From Fibrobacteria bacterium (lineage in GTDB: Bacteria; Fibrobacterota; Fibrobacteria; UBA11236): a DNA stretch of 64,000 nucleotides. The translations under genes and the position numbers were made by a program. Position 1 is the first letter of the stretch; every line of letters starts with the position of its first letter. Below are positions 60,350 through 64,000 of this stretch, one piece after another. The notes under the pieces are model-generated. The model was not told the DNA's origin. It saw only the letters and a program-made list of their open reading frames with translations, and did no database searches. Location of the stretch: contig JAYTHY010000046.1 in assembly GCA_043732185.1 (NCBI GenBank), forward strand, positions 124,876 through 188,875, read 5' to 3'.

Positions 60350-61927
60350 TCAGAAATTATTGGTGACACGGACATGGACGAATCCATTCCCTAAGGATCG
60401 CGCAGGATTCAAGGCATAGCTGATACCAAAAGTCCAATCCTTTGCGCCAGACTCCAATCCAATTCCATACCCAATTTCCCTTTTCCAGTTCACGTCGCCG
60501 TCCATGCGGTTAATTAAGGCTGGAACGATGAAAACCGATGCTCGACTGCGAGGCGCCAGAAGGAATTGCATTTCGAAATTTCCATACAGAAACAGATTGG
60601 TCAGAAATTCCTTCTCCCGAAAGCCACGGATGGTATTGGCGCCGCCAATGGAGTACAGCTCTCCTCGGTTGGCGCGGCCTTCTAAGGGCCAATTTCCATT
60701 TCCTGAAATAAGGACATGGCCAACCCACCGACCCAAGTTAGCCCAGAGAGAAAATTCATTCCAATTTTGCAGAAGAAAATAGGAGGAGTCCTGCAGGTCA
60801 CGGTGAACGCCATTCAGACGAGTAGAGAATCGCATGCCTTTGAGAGTTGCCGGAACCTGATCACGGGAATCGAATTGAAAGCCCAAGCCCGCAATGTCGG
60901 CCGTGGATCGACTTGATGCGATATAGTCGTGATTGAACTGGCGGGCAAAAGCGACCAAATAGCGTGAATGAAAATCAAAATCTTGAAAAAATTCTGTGCC
61001 CATACTGCGTTCATCGTAAAGGGAATCTTCCAATGAAACGTGCAACTTTATTTTAACGCCGATGGATGTGCCTGGTATCCAAGGTTCAAGATAGTCGAGT
61101 CTTGCTTCCTTTGAGCTCGTACCAAGCCCGGTTTGTTTAGATTCAAAATTGAAATCCAAATCCCTGGCGGTACCGCGTAGATTGATTAGATGGATGTCCA
61201 CATATCCATTGACTCCATCACCACCTTTCTTTTCCGAGTCATAACCCAAAATGCCACTCAAACGATTTCCTTTCAAATCAGTCATGGATAGACTTGGGTA
61301 GAGCAGGTTTTTTGCCGAATCCCGGTAGACGGTGCCTGGGATCAGAGCTTCAAAATATCCCGTGCGGGACAGTTTCTCAATCGCCAGTGCTACGCGTGTT
61401 TCGCTATACGCTTCACCATACTTTAACAGGGCGAGCCGTTCTAGAGCCTCGGGCCGAATGCTGCTTCCCACATATTTAAAACCACCAAATTTAAACCCCT
61501 CCCCCGCCTCGATAAATACTCCCAAATCCAAAGCGGCTTTATCTTCCCGCGTAGTGAAGTCCATTTTCACCACAGCAAAAGGATGCCCATGATCGAGCAA
61601 AAATTTGCGTACCCGATTTCCGATGGTTTGCACGTTTGCAGCGGTAGCCGGTTGGCCAGAAAAAACGGCAATTCCCATTTGTACCGTTGTAAATCCGGGA
61701 GCACTGCGAATCCAAATTCCCCCCAAACTAAACAAGGGCCCCTTATCCAGATGATTTCCTTCCGATTTAGCCAGCAAGAAACCTTCGGCCATGGCGGCAC
61801 TTACTTCAGAGGAATCTAAACTAGATGGCGGATTCATCCCGTAGGCAGAAACCGTGAGAGAAAAACTGACAATAGCGACGAACAAACACAAGCGATGATA
61901 GGTCTGAGCCAATTTATGCACCTGCAT
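60350..61927 (-). CDS. Omp85 (BamA/TamA family) outer-membrane protein
   Basis: Signal peptide, POTRA-like HGHPFA / LSRTGYF, NLRGTAR, YLEPW, IGGANTIRGFRE loop-6 motif, terminal Phe. Confidence 0.85.
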   Translation of the reverse strand: MQVHKLAQTYHRLCLFVAIVSFSLTVSAYGMNPPSSLDSSEVSAAMAEGFLLAKSEGNHLDKGPLFSLGGIWIRSAPGFTTVQMGIAVFSGQPATAANVQTIGNRVRKFLLDHGHPFAVVKMDFTTREDKAALDLGVFIEAGEGFKFGGFKYVGSSIRPEALERLALLKYGEAYSETRVALAIEKLSRTGYFEALIPGTVYRDSAKNLLYPSLSMTDLKGNRLSGILGYDSEKKGGDGVNGYVDIHLINLRGTARDLDFNFESKQTGLGTSSKEARLDYLEPWIPGTSIGVKIKLHVSLEDSLYDERSMGTEFFQDFDFHSRYLVAFARQFNHDYIASSRSTADIAGLGFQFDSRDQVPATLKGMRFSTRLNGVHRDLQDSSYFLLQNWNEFSLWANLGRWVGHVLISGNGNWPLEGRANRGELYSIGGANTIRGFREKEFLTNLFLYGNFEMQFLLAPRSRASVFIVPALINRMDGDVNWKREIGYGIGLESGAKDWTFGISYALNPARSLGNGFVHVRVTNNF

Positions 61928-64000
61928 CAGAACACCGCCCGTGCTTCCGCAGAAAATTTCTGGTTGATTTTTTGTCCATTCGGTTCTAATTCAGGCGGTT
62001 CTAACCGTATCACATAATCAAAATTAAGGTACATGTTTTCGCCAACTTGAAAATTGGCGTTCGCTTGTGCACGGTGCGTCACGCCCCTGACAAATTCTCC
62101 TGTCGTATAGAATCCGCCTTGACCAGTACCCCAAAAATAGATAATGCCGTAATCGAGAAAAGCGCGGCCATTATACACCGAGGACTTCTCAAGTTTTAAT
62201 CCCGGTTTAAATCCTTGTAGATGAACAGGCCCCATACTCGAGGAACCGTTCACAACTAGATATTCCGTGCGGCCTTCCAATGAAAAGGCTCTCGGTAATT
62301 TGCGTTGCAGGCGTGTACCGTAGGTATAGTTTTCATTTTCGGAAATGGCGGAGGGTCCCGTGGATAAACCTTCGCGCTGGCGGTTTTCATAGGATTGATC
62401 CAAAGCGTATTCCCAATCCTCACTGAACTCATTTCGAAAATTACTTCGCTCCTTCCATACTTTTTCCCGAAAGGCATAAATACCGGCCGCAAGATTAAAT
62501 GACCTGTCTACATACAGATCCACCGTTTTTCGGGGGCCCGATGGAGCCTTCCAATGCAGGGCAGGGCTATACCGACTCCGACCACTACGGGCGCTTTCGA
62601 TTTGGGCATCTACAAACAAAGGCAAAAGACCGAGTCGGCCGGTTGTATCTTGATGATCCATCGCTAGATCCAAAGTGAATTCAATGTCCGCCAGTACGCC
62701 GGTTACGGTAAATGGAAATTTTGAAGGGTTCAATTCAAGGTTTGCCGTCCAAGACAAATCTTGATAGGGACTCGAACCTACAGTGGTGTCTCGCATCAAA
62801 CCGATGAGTATATAATCGCCGGCAGTCGATACTGGGTTATACACATTTTGCAGCGTGTCCTTTATATAATTCCCGCGGCCTTTCACTAGCGCGAAGGAAT
62901 CGACGAGAGGAAACTCGGCGGTTTGAGTGACACGATAAGAGGATGCCAAGCTATATCCTTGTTTCTGGTTGGCAATATGGTTGTTCCATTCCACTTGATG
63001 GAAATTATTTTCTTCCGGTGCCCCCGCATAAACGGAGGTGGGAGTTAAATGCCATAGTCGGTGATTGTGAAAGGAATAGAAAAAATCCGTGTTCCATGGT
63101 CCAATTCCGATGGCATCCACCTTTTGGGTGACGCCTACATCACGAACGGAATCCTGCATATCCGGCAACCTTCCAGCAAAGTTGCCGCGCTGGGAGAGCA
63201 GATACAGCCCGGAAACCAAACTCACACCGCCCAAGAATGGCGCTGTGGACACGGTGAATTCCGGTTCTTCCTTTATAGAACGGGCCTGAGAAAAATTGAC
63301 TAAATTCGCCAACCATTCATTGCGTGTTAAAACTAAACTTGGCGTAAAACCCCCGGCGGCGAAGGCCAACCGACCTTGTTGCCGGTAATTGTCGCTCCGG
63401 TCCGGCGAACGCGCAATTTTAGCTTGAGATTGCACCTCAACAAAAGTCTGCTCACCGCCTAATCGTACACCCAACCCTCCCCGCCGGGACTGGCTTCCAT
63501 CAGAGGCACGGGCACTTGCCGTATCCATCGCTGCGTCAGCATCCGCCCTGCCAATTTCTGCCGACAGTCTTAATTTGGAAAAAGGTGTTTCTTCCCAAGT
63601 GATTCGATTCGCCAAAAATCCCCGCTCGGCAACGTGCGGGTTTAGATTCCAGGTTTCCAGAAATGCTCGTGGCTCGATCAATTGTTTAAAGGATTCAAAT
63701 TGCGGAGCCCGGTATTCATGCTCGATCAGGAAATCGGATTGACCCCAGCCGCCATGATCAATGGCTTTACCCAATCTGTATTGACCATGGTAACGGGTGG
63801 AATACCCTAAATTGTCCGCATCATCCCGGCTGGAATACAAATTGCGATCGCGTTCGGAAAACAAAATGACCCCTCGCCCCTGGAATCCGGCCAGGATAAG
63901 CGCTAAATCTAAAGCAGCACTAGATTGTCGCTGCGGCATTTGTAGTCGCCTGCCCAAGGTGTCCACTATCGCAGAGTCTCCGGAGCTGGAATACCGTCGC
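61927..64000 (-). CDS. Partial large hypothetical outer-membrane beta-barrel-like protein (N-terminus outside the window)
   Basis: The frame stays open to 64000; alternating polar/aromatic strands; ends ...FSAEARAVF; 1-nt TGATG overlap with the Omp85 gene. Confidence 0.7.
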   Translation of the reverse strand, partial: RRYSSSGDSAIVDTLGRRLQMPQRQSSAALDLALILAGFQGRGVILFSERDRNLYSSRDDADNLGYSTRYHGQYRLGKAIDHGGWGQSDFLIEHEYRAPQFESFKQLIEPRAFLETWNLNPHVAERGFLANRITWEETPFSKLRLSAEIGRADADAAMDTASARASDGSQSRRGGLGVRLGGEQTFVEVQSQAKIARSPDRSDNYRQQGRLAFAAGGFTPSLVLTRNEWLANLVNFSQARSIKEEPEFTVSTAPFLGGVSLVSGLYLLSQRGNFAGRLPDMQDSVRDVGVTQKVDAIGIGPWNTDFFYSFHNHRLWHLTPTSVYAGAPEENNFHQVEWNNHIANQKQGYSLASSYRVTQTAEFPLVDSFALVKGRGNYIKDTLQNVYNPVSTAGDYILIGLMRDTTVGSSPYQDLSWTANLELNPSKFPFTVTGVLADIEFTLDLAMDHQDTTGRLGLLPLFVDAQIESARSGRSRYSPALHWKAPSGPRKTVDLYVDRSFNLAAGIYAFREKVWKERSNFRNEFSEDWEYALDQSYENRQREGLSTGPSAISENENYTYGTRLQRKLPRAFSLEGRTEYLVVNGSSSMGPVHLQGFKPGLKLEKSSVYNGRAFLDYGIIYFWGTGQGGFYTTGEFVRGVTHRAQANANFQVGENMYLNFDYVIRLEPPELEPNGQKINQKFSAEARAVF

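Overview
Bacterial chromosomal window of about 50% GC from a diderm organism. Gene content and TAnnTT-type promoter elements suggest an FCB-group (possibly Fibrobacterota-like) bacterium, but this is inference only. Most of it is housekeeping: yceD-rpmF-plsX-fabH-fabD-fabG-acpP-rnc-lipM-like-oppDF, carB, recG, pepA, guaA-hflX, aroE-aroKB, mraY, a UAP-type pyrophosphorylase, epmA-efp/epmB and an Omp85 protein. Three accessory-looking parts stand out. (1) 1-5744 is a candidate polymorphic toxin/immunity or variable adhesin locus: a large Ig-repeat protein with an AT-rich, Cys-rich C-terminal tip, followed by at least two tandem paralogous secreted small proteins, and split from its signal peptide by one in-frame TAA. 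(2) 22409-25357 is an uncharacterised three-gene cassette: a large protein with a LecB-like Ca-binding motif, a DUF1360-like CxxC membrane protein and a small MGCCG protein. (3) 45839-57577 is a 3912-aa exported TPR protein with a 13 x 120-bp tandem array and an internal duplication of about 810 aa. Smaller signals are a hairpin that sequesters the rnc start codon, a catalytically degenerate Rmd/Gmd-like SDR, and repeated promoter-like hexamers 6-10 nt before SD-less start codons. No rRNA, tRNA, CRISPR array, integrase or transposase was recognised. All family calls come from motif recognition by eye, not database searches.
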